Below, piece by piece: positions 20,506-30,956 of a stretch of 64,000 nt of DNA. Where the stretch lies: the NCBI GenBank assembly GCA_048887225.1, contig JBHLJY010000004.1:171895-235894 (forward strand), read 5' to 3'. Source of the stretch: Candidatus Hodarchaeota archaeon (GTDB lineage: Archaea; Asgardarchaeota; Lokiarchaeia; Sigyniarchaeales; SOKP01). A program made the translations under genes and the position numbers. The notes below the pieces were generated by a model. That model ran no database searches and had not been told where the DNA came from. It was given only the letters and a program-made list of their open reading frames with translations. The stretch's first letter is position 1, and each line of letters begins with the position of its first letter.

Positions 20506-21822
20506 ATGGCAACCTATAGCTCAAAAAGCGAAAAATATCATTTAGACAAAATTAAAGGGAAGAAATTACCTGAAAAATTCAATTACATGAAGAACAGAGT
20601 AGCAGTTGTCAAATTAGACGATTATGAACCAAAAAATATTAGAAATGCGTTAAAATCAGTCATCGAATTGTTAGGGATTAAAGATTTCTTTAATAATAAA
20701 TCAATTTTATTAAAACCTAACGCTCTCGCACCTATAAAAAATGCAATTACACCAACAGAAATAATTATGGAATTAATAAAATTAATAAAAAGTAAGGCGA
20801 ACGCTAAAAAAATTATTGTTGGGGACTCAACAATGACAAAAAAATTAACAAATATAACTTTTAAAAGGAGTAAAATTAAAGAAAAATGCGAGGAAGAGGG
20901 AGCGACGATCGTTAATTTTTTCGAATCTGAAAGAACTAAAGTTAAATTAGATAACCCCCCTCATGAAGTTGAAGAGAATATATATTTACCTAAAGAGGTA
21001 ATTAACGCTGATCTTATTATAAATTTACCCAAATTAAAGACACATAAGGGATACGTTTATACTGGAGCAATCAAGAATCTCTTTGGGCTTTTAGGAAATA
21101 AAATGAATATGCATATGACTCATAAAAATAAAATCGATTTTCAGAGAATGCTAGCAGATATCTATTTCGCTGTTGAAGAAACTAACAATGAAAATTTACC
21201 TAAAGTTTTAACTATTATGGACGCTGTTGTGGCAATGGAAGGTAAAGGTCCAAGGTCTGGCAAACCAAGAAAAATGGGTCTAATTATAGCAGGATTTAAT
21301 TCTGCTGCGGTGGACATTGTCGGTTACACATTAATGAATGGAAACCCAAGCGATTTAGAGGCTATAACTTCATTAGCTAAAAGGTCTCAGCTCCCATTAG
21401 ATATATCTCAATTGAACATCGTCGGAGAAATAGATTTCAACAAATATATCGTAAAGAATTTTAAAAAACCAAAAATTGTTACATTAAAAGAGGCTATTGT
21501 TCCAGAAAATGGACTATATTCAAAGATTAGTAAAAAATTAATGAGTATTTCTATTAAGATAAAACGTAAAAAATGCATCTTGTGTGAGGAATGCGTAAAA
21601 CATTGTCCTGCTGAGGCATTAGTTCGCAGAAGCGAAAAAATTGTAGTTGATCAGGACAAATGTATAGAGTGCTTTTGTTGTGGCGAAAGCTGTCCAAACG
21701 ACGCGATAAATGCTAAATTTTATCTATTTAGAATATTGCCCATTTTAATATTAGTTTTAGCGATAGGAAGCTTTATTATAGTTTGGTTTTTCACTCAATT
21801 AATAATCAGTGTTTTTCAATAA
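20506..21822 (+). CDS. DUF362 protein with 2x[4Fe-4S] ferredoxin domain and C-terminal TM helix
   Basis: LKPN, NLPKLKTH, GAIKNLFG, MEGKGP; two CxxCxxCxxxCP motifs. Confidence 0.85.
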   Translation: MATYSSKSEKYHLDKIKGKKLPEKFNYMKNRVAVVKLDDYEPKNIRNALKSVIELLGIKDFFNNKSILLKPNALAPIKNAITPTEIIMELIKLIKSKANAKKIIVGDSTMTKKLTNITFKRSKIKEKCEEEGATIVNFFESERTKVKLDNPPHEVEENIYLPKEVINADLIINLPKLKTHKGYVYTGAIKNLFGLLGNKMNMHMTHKNKIDFQRMLADIYFAVEETNNENLPKVLTIMDAVVAMEGKGPRSGKPRKMGLIIAGFNSAAVDIVGYTLMNGNPSDLEAITSLAKRSQLPLDISQLNIVGEIDFNKYIVKNFKKPKIVTLKEAIVPENGLYSKISKKLMSISIKIKRKKCILCEECVKHCPAEALVRRSEKIVVDQDKCIECFCCGESCPNDAINAKFYLFRILPILILVLAIGSFIIVWFFTQLIISVFQ

Positions 21823-21919
21823 TCCTTAAACTTTGAAAAATCCTTTTTTCTAAGAGATTTTTATTAAACTCTATCTCATAAATTTAAATTATTTTTTCCC
21901 TTATTATAATGATATACTG

Positions 21920-22963
21920 ATGAAAATTGATAAAAAAAAGCTCTCTTTAGGGAAACTCAAACATAAATATTTAGCTAAAATGTTAAAGGATTTTGTATCG
22001 GATTTAGACATTCAAGACAAAAGAGTAATTCAGGGATCAAAAATAGGAGAGGATGCCGCAGTTATTGATATGGGCGATAATTATTTAGTTGCAAAAACTG
22101 ATCCTATAACATTTGCTACAGATGAGATTGGATATTACGCCGTTCATGTCAATGTAAATGACGTAGTTTGTATGGGTGCGATGCCAAAATGGTTTCAATC
22201 TACAATATTATTACCAGAAATAGGTACAAGTGAGGACTTAATTGAAAATATCTTTAAAAACATTCATGATACTTGTAAATCTATGGATATAACGGTTATA
22301 GGAGGACATACTGAGGTAACTCCTAATCTTGATAGACCAATTGTTATTGGTTCATTATTAGGAGAAGCTGAAAAAGAGAAACTTGTGTTAACTTCGGGAG
22401 CAGAACCTGGTGATACCCTCATTTTAACCAAGGGTATTTTTATCGAAGGAACTGCCATAATTGGTCGAGAAAAAGAAAATGATTTAGTAGCTAATGGTTT
22501 AAATTCAGAATTTATAGAAAAATGTAAGAATTACCTTTATAATCCAGGTATAGGCGTTTTTCAAGACGCTCTTTTATCAAATAAATATTTTACAATTAAA
22601 AGCTTTCATGACCCAACTGAGGGGGGTTTAGCATGTGGTATTGCTGAAATGACAATAGCTTCTAATACAGGGATTTTAATAGAACAAGAAAAGATTAAAG
22701 TGTTACCTGAACCATTGGAATTGAGTAAACTTTTTGGATTAAACCCTATGAATACAATATCATCTGGTTCGCTTTTAATCGCAATTGATGATAAAGATGG
22801 ATGCGCTTCTGAATTAATTGATTTACTTATTAAAAACAACATAATAGCGATAAAAATAGGTGAATTTACAACTAACGATAAAGGATTAATGATTAAAGAA
22901 AAGAATGGGAATATAACGAATCTTAATTATAGTGAAACTGACGATATCACTAAGATCTTTTAA
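21920..22963 (+). CDS. AIR synthase / HypE-like family protein
   Basis: IGEDAA, TDPIT, VNVND, GGHTEV, HDPTEGG. Confidence 0.85.
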   Translation: MKIDKKKLSLGKLKHKYLAKMLKDFVSDLDIQDKRVIQGSKIGEDAAVIDMGDNYLVAKTDPITFATDEIGYYAVHVNVNDVVCMGAMPKWFQSTILLPEIGTSEDLIENIFKNIHDTCKSMDITVIGGHTEVTPNLDRPIVIGSLLGEAEKEKLVLTSGAEPGDTLILTKGIFIEGTAIIGREKENDLVANGLNSEFIEKCKNYLYNPGIGVFQDALLSNKYFTIKSFHDPTEGGLACGIAEMTIASNTGILIEQEKIKVLPEPLELSKLFGLNPMNTISSGSLLIAIDDKDGCASELIDLLIKNNIIAIKIGEFTTNDKGLMIKEKNGNITNLNYSETDDITKIF

Positions 22964-23083
22964 TTATATCAAAGTTAATTGGATCTATTCTTCTCATGAC
23001 ATTATTTCTTATATCATATTGAAATATAATATTACCCGATTTTGGGGAATCATGGATCAAAATATTTAAAGTTTGTAAAACTT

Positions 23084-23593
23084 TTATTTAATGTTAAATA
23101 TCTCTAAAAATCTCCCAAATTCTTTCTTTATATCAATTATTGGTAAATTTATATCGATTTTTTCTTTTTTACGAGCATTTTGAGAACAAATCAGTCCAGA
23201 AATCATCCTAACATTTTTTGTTAGTTGAGGTTTTATTTCTTCAAAATTCTTTAAGCATAGTATAGTAGGATAATTTAAATTCCTAAAACCTTCTATAAAA
23301 ATTAGATCAATCTTGTAAGGACCACTTGTAATCCATTCCAGTAATTCCTTTATACTAATTTCCTTTCTTAAAAAAATTGTAGTTTCATTTTTCACATTTT
23401 TAGTTATAGAAAATTGCGCTCCAGCTTTCCCATATTTAAATGAATCCTTATCTTCTTTATCAATTTGATGTTCGTGAATGTTTTTAACTATAGCTACCTC
23501 GTAATTCAAATTCTTTTTTAATAATTTTATGGCATTCAAAATAAAATGCGTTTTGCCGCTTCCAGAATATCCAATCAAACAAATTATTTTAAT
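23084..23593 (-). CDS. mobB: Molybdopterin-guanine dinucleotide biosynthesis protein B
   Basis: (I)KIICLIGYSGSGKT, IEGF; probable ATT start at 23593. Confidence 0.8.
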   Translation of the reverse strand: MKIICLIGYSGSGKTHFILNAIKLLKKNLNYEVAIVKNIHEHQIDKEDKDSFKYGKAGAQFSITKNVKNETTIFLRKEISIKELLEWITSGPYKIDLIFIEGFRNLNYPTILCLKNFEEIKPQLTKNVRMISGLICSQNARKKEKIDINLPIIDIKKEFGRFLEIFNIK

Positions 23594-23750
23594 AAATAAT
23601 CACATTTCCCTTATCTTGATAAATAATTAATAATGAGCGTACATAATTATAAATAATATCTTTTTGAATTAATTTCAATAAACATTAATATAGTTCCTTT
23701 TCATATAATTAAATATATTTTTTAAGCAACTAAAGTATTAATGTGAATTT

Positions 23751-25748
23751 ATGGCCGAGAAAAAGGAAAGAATCGTATTCGACGCTAATTTTTTTATATG
23801 TATGAATCAAGTTAAAGCACGGAACATTTTAGGGAATTTGGCCAATGCAGGAAAAGATTTAGACTATGAATATTATATCTCTCAAGTAGTTTTTGATGAG
23901 ATTAAAGCACCTTTAACATTTAAGGAGAGATTCAAGAAGATAATAAATATTAAAGAAGTTAGCGATTCTGAAATTGAGCAGATAAAAGATGACTTAATTG
24001 AATTTAAAATCCGTTTCCCGGCCCAAGATCCTGATTTATCTCTCATTGTTTTAAGCAAGAGATTATTAGATGAAGACGAGTCTTTACCAGTCCATTTGGT
24101 TACTGACGATTTCAAATTAGCTAAAAACGTAGGATTATTGTATAGAGGTAAAATTAATCTCTTGTCTCTCTCAAGTTTTTTACTAAAAATACAGAGATCT
24201 GTTACTACAGTACAAATAAGAAATTATTTTAAGAACATCTGGAAAAAAAGCTTGAACTATACTCTCAGCTATATGATAGAACGCTCAAAAGTCTATCCTG
24301 CTGAGCAGAAAATTACATGGTTAATCGAAAAAGCGATAAGCGTGACAGAAGATTCCATTATTACTAAAGATTCAGAATTAATAGAAGAAAAAATCGTAAA
24401 ATTTGAGGTGGGAGCAACTAAAGAATATTCTGACGAAATAATAATTGCTGAAAAGTATATTGAAAGTCAAAGTCTCCCTGCAAGGGAAGAAGCAAAAGTT
24501 CAAGACATAATTAATTTTCTTGAAAATCTGAAAATTTCCCGTGAATATGTTAAGCGAGCAAGAGATGCCATCGTTAAAAACGATTCCGTCAGCGCTGTAA
24601 AATTCTTAAAGAGAGGAAATGGTTTTTTAGTATCATTACTTCAACTTGCCTCAGGTCAATTAAAAAAACTTAAAGATTACGAAATCGTGGAAACTTTGAT
24701 ATGTAGTGAGATTAGCAAGATGGAGTTTTTAAGAGCTTTTCTACTGGTTTCTTTAGCCCGTGTAAATACTGCCATAGATTCTTTGGAGAGAGCTGCTTTA
24801 TTTTCAACAATTATTCATAATTTCCAAACATGCCTTACACTGAATTACTTAAAAGCGTTGATCCAACTATTTCACGGTTTTTATAAATCTGCTATTATGC
24901 AATATAATTTTACAGAGGAATTAGCAGATATTTATCAAGATGAGAAATTAAAATTAAAATGTCTTATTGGAAAAGCTATCGCTCTTTATATCAAAGGAGA
25001 AGAAGACGATACGTATAATGCTGTTGCAATTATGGAAGAGATATCAAATATGAATCTTGAGGAAAATTTTTTAGACGCAATTATAGTATTTACAGAACTA
25101 GGAGATTATTTCTTAGCATTGGGCCATTCTCAAATCGCTACGAATCTTTATAATCAAGCGCTTGAGATCTCGATTGATTATAAATTGAAATTCAAAGCAG
25201 ATGTATTAATTGAAAAACTTAAACGCGCTTATATTGCCACTGTTATAAGTGGGTTTTCTGCCGAAGATATGGTAGATAAATTGGATGTTTTATTAGATAA
25301 AGCTTATTCAGTTAAAGATGTAGAAAAATATAATGAGCAAATCAAAAAAATTTCAAGTTTTAACAAATTATTTTATACACCATTTGAATATATCTCCGGT
25401 AAGAAAAAGATAATCACATACAATAAGCTTCCAAAAGAACTTCAAGAAGATTATTTAGAAGTCGTTTATTTTAAAAAATTAAATGAAGAAAAAAATCAAA
25501 TTCTTTTTATAGTTTCTCATTACGAATTAGGATTATTAGGAATTAAATTAAAAACTGATGAAAACATTACAGGAATAGCTGAAAACTATTCTCTCAAATT
25601 AAAACCTACTGCTAAATTTAAAATTTACGAAGCTGACGAAAAGTTAAAAGATACATATCTTATTCGCGCAATAATTGAAGTTTTACCGAAAAATCAATGC
25701 GAAATTATTTATGCTTTACCCGCATTCTTCAAACAATTAAATCTCTAA
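23751..25748 (+). CDS. PIN-domain protein with C-terminal TPR-like repeats
   Basis: VFDANFF, VFDE, DPDLSLI, LVTDDF acidic PIN residues, then helical repeats. Confidence 0.7.
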   Translation: MAEKKERIVFDANFFICMNQVKARNILGNLANAGKDLDYEYYISQVVFDEIKAPLTFKERFKKIINIKEVSDSEIEQIKDDLIEFKIRFPAQDPDLSLIVLSKRLLDEDESLPVHLVTDDFKLAKNVGLLYRGKINLLSLSSFLLKIQRSVTTVQIRNYFKNIWKKSLNYTLSYMIERSKVYPAEQKITWLIEKAISVTEDSIITKDSELIEEKIVKFEVGATKEYSDEIIIAEKYIESQSLPAREEAKVQDIINFLENLKISREYVKRARDAIVKNDSVSAVKFLKRGNGFLVSLLQLASGQLKKLKDYEIVETLICSEISKMEFLRAFLLVSLARVNTAIDSLERAALFSTIIHNFQTCLTLNYLKALIQLFHGFYKSAIMQYNFTEELADIYQDEKLKLKCLIGKAIALYIKGEEDDTYNAVAIMEEISNMNLEENFLDAIIVFTELGDYFLALGHSQIATNLYNQALEISIDYKLKFKADVLIEKLKRAYIATVISGFSAEDMVDKLDVLLDKAYSVKDVEKYNEQIKKISSFNKLFYTPFEYISGKKKIITYNKLPKELQEDYLEVVYFKKLNEEKNQILFIVSHYELGLLGIKLKTDENITGIAENYSLKLKPTAKFKIYEADEKLKDTYLIRAIIEVLPKNQCEIIYALPAFFKQLNL

Positions 25749-25799
25749 ATTTATCGCATTAAGATATTTAAAAATTTAATTCAATAGTTAATAAAATTA

Positions 25800-26072
25800 T
25801 TAAGTTTTACGTAATTGTTTATCACGTTGAGCAATTTGATGGCGATGTATTGCACAACTTATACAATAATATTTCTTAGTCGAGCCCCCCATAATTATAG
25901 TTCCTGCCTTTTTTAATTCTCCGTACATCCGAGCATCGACTAGATTTGTTCGTCGAGTAACAACTTTCGCTTTACTTCTAGCAACAAATCGTCCGCAATT
26001 TACACATTGTACCTTTCCATAATTACCTTTGCTACTACCAGTTTTTCCTCCCGATTTACGTTTTTTCGGAAT
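25800..26072 (-). CDS. rps26e: Ribosomal protein eS26 (S26e), ATT start
   Basis: Manual translation (I)PKKRKSGGKTGSSKGNYGKVQCVNCGRFVARSKAK...YCISCAIHRHQI; AGGAGG 8 nt upstream of ATT; missing from the ORF track. Confidence 0.93.
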   Translation of the reverse strand: MPKKRKSGGKTGSSKGNYGKVQCVNCGRFVARSKAKVVTRRTNLVDARMYGELKKAGTIIMGGSTKKYYCISCAIHRHQIAQRDKQLRKT

Positions 26073-26207
26073 AAGATTAACCTCCTTTTTTCTATTTTTC
26101 TCTCTTCTAGTAATTAAATAATTAAAAATTTAAATAAGTTATTCTTAGCTGTAGATTTTTAAGAAGACTTTTCAAATCAAGTGTATAAGATATTGAATTT
26201 AATTATT

Positions 26208-26900
26208 TTACTTCTCCTTTACTTCTGATTTCCTTAAGTCTTTAAAAGTAAATACAAATCTCTGTATTAATGTAAGGCAGAGTAACCCTGTAAAGATTAA
26301 TATGAAAGTTAGAAAAAAAAATTCGGCAAGAAATAATAAAACAAGATTCCAAGTGAAAATTCTTGATAAATAATAAATCCAATTTTCTAAACTTAAAATA
26401 AACATTATATAAACTAATCTTTCAGCTCTTTCCATAAGTCCAACGCCTTTCATGTTCACACCTTCATTTTCTGCTCTTGAACGCGTATAAGATATCATAA
26501 TTATAAGAAATAAAATGATAAAACCTAGTAGAAAATCAATTAATTGCCCATAAATCATTCCAAGAATGAGTGCTGCATCAGAAAGGCGGTCCAAGTTCGA
26601 ATCAAGAAAAGCACCAGTGTGAGATTCTCCTCTCGTCTTTCTTGCAACCTCTCCATCGAATACATCAAATACACCACTCCAAAAAATTAAAAATGGAGCA
26701 GGCCAAGCAAACCAAATTGGAAAATGTGTGGCTCCTATTGCTATAAAAAAAGCAGCCAATAATGAGCATAAAAATCCTATAACGGATAATAAGTTTGGAC
26801 TAATATTATGTCTTATTAAAAATTCCACAGGCCCTTCAATAAATCTTTCTAGAGTTTCTCTTTGGCGATCTCGTTTATTTTTTCCTTCCAATTCGTTCAA
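26208..26900 (-). CDS. CDP-alcohol phosphatidyltransferase (archaetidylinositol-phosphate synthase-like)
   Basis: DVFDGEVAR...GAFLDSNLDRLSD, GLMERAER. Confidence 0.9.
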   Translation of the reverse strand: MNELEGKNKRDRQRETLERFIEGPVEFLIRHNISPNLLSVIGFLCSLLAAFFIAIGATHFPIWFAWPAPFLIFWSGVFDVFDGEVARKTRGESHTGAFLDSNLDRLSDAALILGMIYGQLIDFLLGFIILFLIIMISYTRSRAENEGVNMKGVGLMERAERLVYIMFILSLENWIYYLSRIFTWNLVLLFLAEFFFLTFILIFTGLLCLTLIQRFVFTFKDLRKSEVKEK

Positions 26901-26972
26901 TTCCTTTTTAAATCCCTAATTTCGAAAAAATAAATTATTATAATTTAAAAGTTAATTAAAATTAAAAATTTA

Positions 26973-27572
26973 TCATAAAAATTTCATTATATACAATTTA
27001 ATTAATCGGATTACTGACGACGCTAAATAAGATTGAGCCCCTAAGCTAATATTTGTAAAGTCCATAGCCGATAGCTCTTTTGAACTAATAAATTCACCAC
27101 TTTGGCTTCCTATAACGAAAATCATATTGTCTTTTGAATATAACTCGTTAATACATGTGAAAAAATCTACGCCTTCTTCACTTAAAACAAAAATGTCATA
27201 ATTTAATTTCTTAAATTGTTTTAATGCATCAAAGATATCCATTTTTGAAATTTGTACTGAACTTAAAGGATTATCGTTTAATTTAATAGTTGAATTATTA
27301 TTTTGAATTAAACAAACCAAAAAATCAGCAAGCAATAATTCGTTTTTAGGGAAATTATCATATTCCAATTGTTCAGAATCAAAAATAAACGTCCCATATT
27401 TTTCTAAAAATATCCAAATTTGAACGTTTCTTTCAAATCTATCTTTATTTAATAAAGCAGCTAATATACACCTCGAAATTACGTCTAATCTACCTGAAGA
27501 ACTTGGAAGATTTTTAATTGTGTATTTACTAATGTCTACACTAGGAGATTCAACAAAAAAAATTATGCTCAT
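26973..27572 (-). CDS. trmY: tRNA (pseudouridine54-N1)-methyltransferase, SPOUT family
   Basis: LPSSSGRLDVISRC, ISLG..SYLAS. Confidence 0.8.
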   Translation of the reverse strand: MSIIFFVESPSVDISKYTIKNLPSSSGRLDVISRCILAALLNKDRFERNVQIWIFLEKYGTFIFDSEQLEYDNFPKNELLLADFLVCLIQNNNSTIKLNDNPLSSVQISKMDIFDALKQFKKLNYDIFVLSEEGVDFFTCINELYSKDNMIFVIGSQSGEFISSKELSAMDFTNISLGAQSYLASSVIRLIKLYIMKFL

Positions 27573-27727
27573 ATATATTAAAAATCTTTACTAATCAATT
27601 AGTAATAATTTAAAATGTTTTAATATAAAAAAAGTATATAAAATTGGGAAGATAATATATTTTAATTTTTAATATTATAATACTCTCACAGAAAAATTAT
27701 AACTTTTAATATTATTGGAAAAAAATT

Positions 27728-28264
27728 ATGCCGATAGAGAATTATGTTAGGAAAAACTATTTCAAAATTATACTTGCAGGAGATGGCGCAGTTGGAAAGA
27801 CCACTCTTAGCAAAAGACTGACTGGAACTTTAAAAAAGAACGAGAGAATTGAAATGACTCCTGGAGTTGACTTTCATATCCTGAAAATTAAAAAAAATGT
27901 CATCCATTTACAACTTTGGGATCTCGGAGGACAGGATCAGTTCCGATATTTTCAGAATGATTTTTTCGGGGGCGCTACTATCGTAATATTAATTTATAGC
28001 ATAGATTCTTGGAAATCCTTTAATGGGCTCAATACTTGGCTAGATTTTGTTCCAGAGGAAATGTATAAAAATGTGTATCTCATAGGAAATAAAATAGATT
28101 TAGAAAATCGTTTGGTAAAAATCGAAGATGCCCGAAAATACGCAGAAGATCACGGTTTTCGAGGGTATTACGAAACTTCAGCTTTAAATGGATTAGGCAT
28201 CGACGAATTCGAATTTGAATTAGTGAAAACAATCGAAGAAATCTTCATTGCTGGTAAAGAATAG
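27728..28264 (+). CDS. Rab/Ras-like small GTPase
   Basis: GDGAVGKT, WDLGGQ, NKID, ETSA. Confidence 0.92.
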   Translation: MPIENYVRKNYFKIILAGDGAVGKTTLSKRLTGTLKKNERIEMTPGVDFHILKIKKNVIHLQLWDLGGQDQFRYFQNDFFGGATIVILIYSIDSWKSFNGLNTWLDFVPEEMYKNVYLIGNKIDLENRLVKIEDARKYAEDHGFRGYYETSALNGLGIDEFEFELVKTIEEIFIAGKE

Positions 28265-28446
28265 ATGTTTTAATAACTTCTTTTAATAGTTATTATTTTC
28301 ATTCTGATTGTTTTTTGTTAAATTTATTGACCAATTTTATCATACTGGAGTATAAATTTTTCATATTATAAGCTATATGCGTATAGTTTAAATAGTGTTC
28401 AAAGTATAAATATAATAGCAACTTAAATTATAAAGTATTGATCAAA

Positions 28447-28566
28447 ATGAAAATCACCAAAAAAGAAAAGAAGACAATTGCCGCATGCAAATGCGGTGGT
28501 GGTTGTGTTTCCGACAGCTGCAAGTGTGGCGGAGGTTGCATTTGCAAGTGTGGAGACAGCTGTTAA
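28447..28566 (+). CDS. 39-aa Cys-rich peptide (RiPP precursor or metallothionein-like)
   Basis: MKITKKEKKTIAACKCGGGCVSDSCKCGGGCICKCGDSC; GC-rich island in AT-rich spacer, synonymous variation between CKCG repeats, downstream T-tract. Confidence 0.8.
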   Translation: MKITKKEKKTIAACKCGGGCVSDSCKCGGGCICKCGDSC

Positions 28567-28682
28567 TTCAATAAACAATAATTAATTTACTTTTTTTTTA
28601 TATTTTTTCCTCTTTTAACACAATAAAAAATTTAAGTAAATGTCATCTTTTTTTTAGTAATTAATATTGGAGAGAAAACTAA

Positions 28683-29189
28683 ATGTCTTATATGGATTAT
28701 AGTAAAATGTTTAGCTGTCCTCGATGTGGAGCTGAGGGGGCCATTTATCTTTTAAAAGTTGCTAAGGATAAAATTATTATAAAACAAAGATGTCCAAAAC
28801 ATGGAGGGAGAGCTTTTAAACTTCCTTTAATGCAAAAGGATCAGTTTATTTCTTATATTCGTGATGGAATTTTTCGGTGTTTCAAATGCGGGCAAGACGT
28901 TACTACGGTGGATCATATAAAAGGATCAGGACCTTGGACCCTAATTAGATTAGCTTGTCCAACTCACAGAAATAAACTGCCTTTCCAAAAAATTTGGAAT
29001 ACTGTTTATTCTGAAATTTCTACCATGGCAGCTACAGCTCCACAAGCAGAACAATCACAAGCAGTAGAACCAACGCCAGAACAACCACAGCCTACTTCAA
29101 GCGAAAAAAAGAAGTTTTGCCCAAATTGTGGAACACCATTGGAGGGAGTAGAAGTATTTTGTGGCGCCTGTGGTGCTGAAATAGATTAA
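28683..29189 (+). CDS. Multi-zinc-ribbon protein
   Basis: Two CxxC...CPxH repeats, Q/P/A linker, C-terminal CPNCG...CGACG ribbon. Confidence 0.75.
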   Translation: MSYMDYSKMFSCPRCGAEGAIYLLKVAKDKIIIKQRCPKHGGRAFKLPLMQKDQFISYIRDGIFRCFKCGQDVTTVDHIKGSGPWTLIRLACPTHRNKLPFQKIWNTVYSEISTMAATAPQAEQSQAVEPTPEQPQPTSSEKKKFCPNCGTPLEGVEVFCGACGAEID

Positions 29190-29339
29190 ATTGAATCTTC
29201 TAAATTTTTTTTCCCATCTTTTATAATTCTCCATTTCTGAAGAATTTTATACTTTTCACCAACTCTTTCTACTTTATCTAAACGTCTTTTTTATTTTATT
29301 ATCTTAATATTTTTATTTAAAAAGATTTTACAATAACCA

Positions 29340-30614
29340 ATGAATCTTAATTATTATCCTTACGTTCCAAAACATATTGTTTTAAGGAGATATGACCAAA
29401 TTAACATTTATGATTTAAAGAATGATGAGTCATATGTAATTGACAACGAAGCTTATTCTGTTTTAAAGAATATTAACGGAACAAATTCAAATAAAGAAAT
29501 TGTTGAAAAATATCATAAAAATAAACAAAAAGAAGTCATCGAAGCCTTAGATGATTTTCACGAATTAAATATTATCAATTTAAGTCAAAAAGCAATTACG
29601 GATACTTCAAAAATTTCGCTTGATCATATCGATATCTCAGATCAAAACCTTTTTGATCCTCCCTTTCTAAAAAACTTAATGATAAATATTACCGAAAAAT
29701 GTAATTTAAAATGTAAGCACTGTTATATTGCTGATAAAAATCTCGTGGATTTTCCACTTGATAAATTAAAGGAGGTTATTAAAGATTTCTACCAATTTCA
29801 AGGAATTAGATTAATATTAACGGGGGGAGAACCTTTTCTTTATTCTAAATTAAAAGACTTGTTGATTTTTCTTAAGGATGTTCCGATACAAAAAGTATTG
29901 TTATCAAATGGTTTATTAATTAAGGATAATCAGGAAATTTTAGATTTATTAAAAAACAATTATTTCGAGGTTTACGTTAGTGTTGATGGCTTAGAAGCAT
30001 CTCATAACGATTTTAGAGACGCTGATTGTTATAAAGACACAATTGATGGAATAATGATCCTTTTAGAAAATAATATAAATACTTCTATAAATACAATGGT
30101 TCATAAACAAAATTTAAGCGAATTTGATGACCTTTTCAAGTTGTTAAATTCATTAGGGAAGATAAAAAATTGGTCAATTGATATTCCTACTTTTGATGAC
30201 TCTACGCCACAATCAATTAAAGATAAATACGAGATATCCTTTGAAGAGGGAGGCCGAATATTAAAACATTATGGTTGGGGCGTGATTTTTGAATCTGAAT
30301 CAGAATCGAACGATTTTGCTTATGCGTGTGGACCACATCTCATGGCAATCGATGTTGTTGGAGTTATAACAAAATGCGGATTCTTTACAGAAAAGAGCGT
30401 TGGTAATATATTCGACTTAGGAATTAAAAAAGGTTGGGAATTAATCCAAAAAAGCCTAAATTGGTGTCTAGAGGATTTAAAATGTAGTGAAGAGAATTGC
30501 AAATTTATTGGAGATTGTCGTGGCGGTTGTAGATATAGAGGATTTAAATATACAGGAGATATTTATGGTGTAGATTCATTTAAATGTTATCAATTTGGTA
30601 AATTAATCAAATGA
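29340..30614 (+). CDS. Radical SAM/SPASM enzyme with N-terminal PqqD/RRE-like domain
   Basis: CNLKCKHC, TGGEP, SPASM C...KC...C..C...CRGGC...C; N-terminal roughly 90 aa with 3-strand plus 3-helix pattern. Confidence 0.85.
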   Translation: MNLNYYPYVPKHIVLRRYDQINIYDLKNDESYVIDNEAYSVLKNINGTNSNKEIVEKYHKNKQKEVIEALDDFHELNIINLSQKAITDTSKISLDHIDISDQNLFDPPFLKNLMINITEKCNLKCKHCYIADKNLVDFPLDKLKEVIKDFYQFQGIRLILTGGEPFLYSKLKDLLIFLKDVPIQKVLLSNGLLIKDNQEILDLLKNNYFEVYVSVDGLEASHNDFRDADCYKDTIDGIMILLENNINTSINTMVHKQNLSEFDDLFKLLNSLGKIKNWSIDIPTFDDSTPQSIKDKYEISFEEGGRILKHYGWGVIFESESESNDFAYACGPHLMAIDVVGVITKCGFFTEKSVGNIFDLGIKKGWELIQKSLNWCLEDLKCSEENCKFIGDCRGGCRYRGFKYTGDIYGVDSFKCYQFGKLIK

Positions 30615-30654
30615 GATAAAATAAGAAAAAAATGGGAAAAAAGAGTTATTATAA

Positions 30655-30900
30655 ATGGCAAAAAAACATAAAGTAATAAGAACAGAGGATGACATTAGCC
30701 CATTAAATAGGCAATTAATAGATGCTTTATGCCACAAATGTAATTTTTACGCGGAGGGTCAAGAATACTGGGAAAAAGAATATGAATGCGGGGCTTATAA
30801 GTTTATTCGCCAATTATTACAAGATAAAAAGATAACTATAGACGAGATCGAAGATTTATTTAAGAAAATTGATTTAAATCCTGAAAGAGAATTAAGATAA
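30655..30900 (+). CDS. Small Cys-containing hypothetical protein
   Basis: 81 aa, CHKCNFY...ECGAY; directly after the radical SAM gene. Confidence 0.7.
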   Translation: MAKKHKVIRTEDDISPLNRQLIDALCHKCNFYAEGQEYWEKEYECGAYKFIRQLLQDKKITIDEIEDLFKKIDLNPERELR

Positions 30901-30956
30901 TTTATATAGAATTATTTCTCTATTTAAGAGTCCAACAAGAGGAAAAAAAAATAAAG

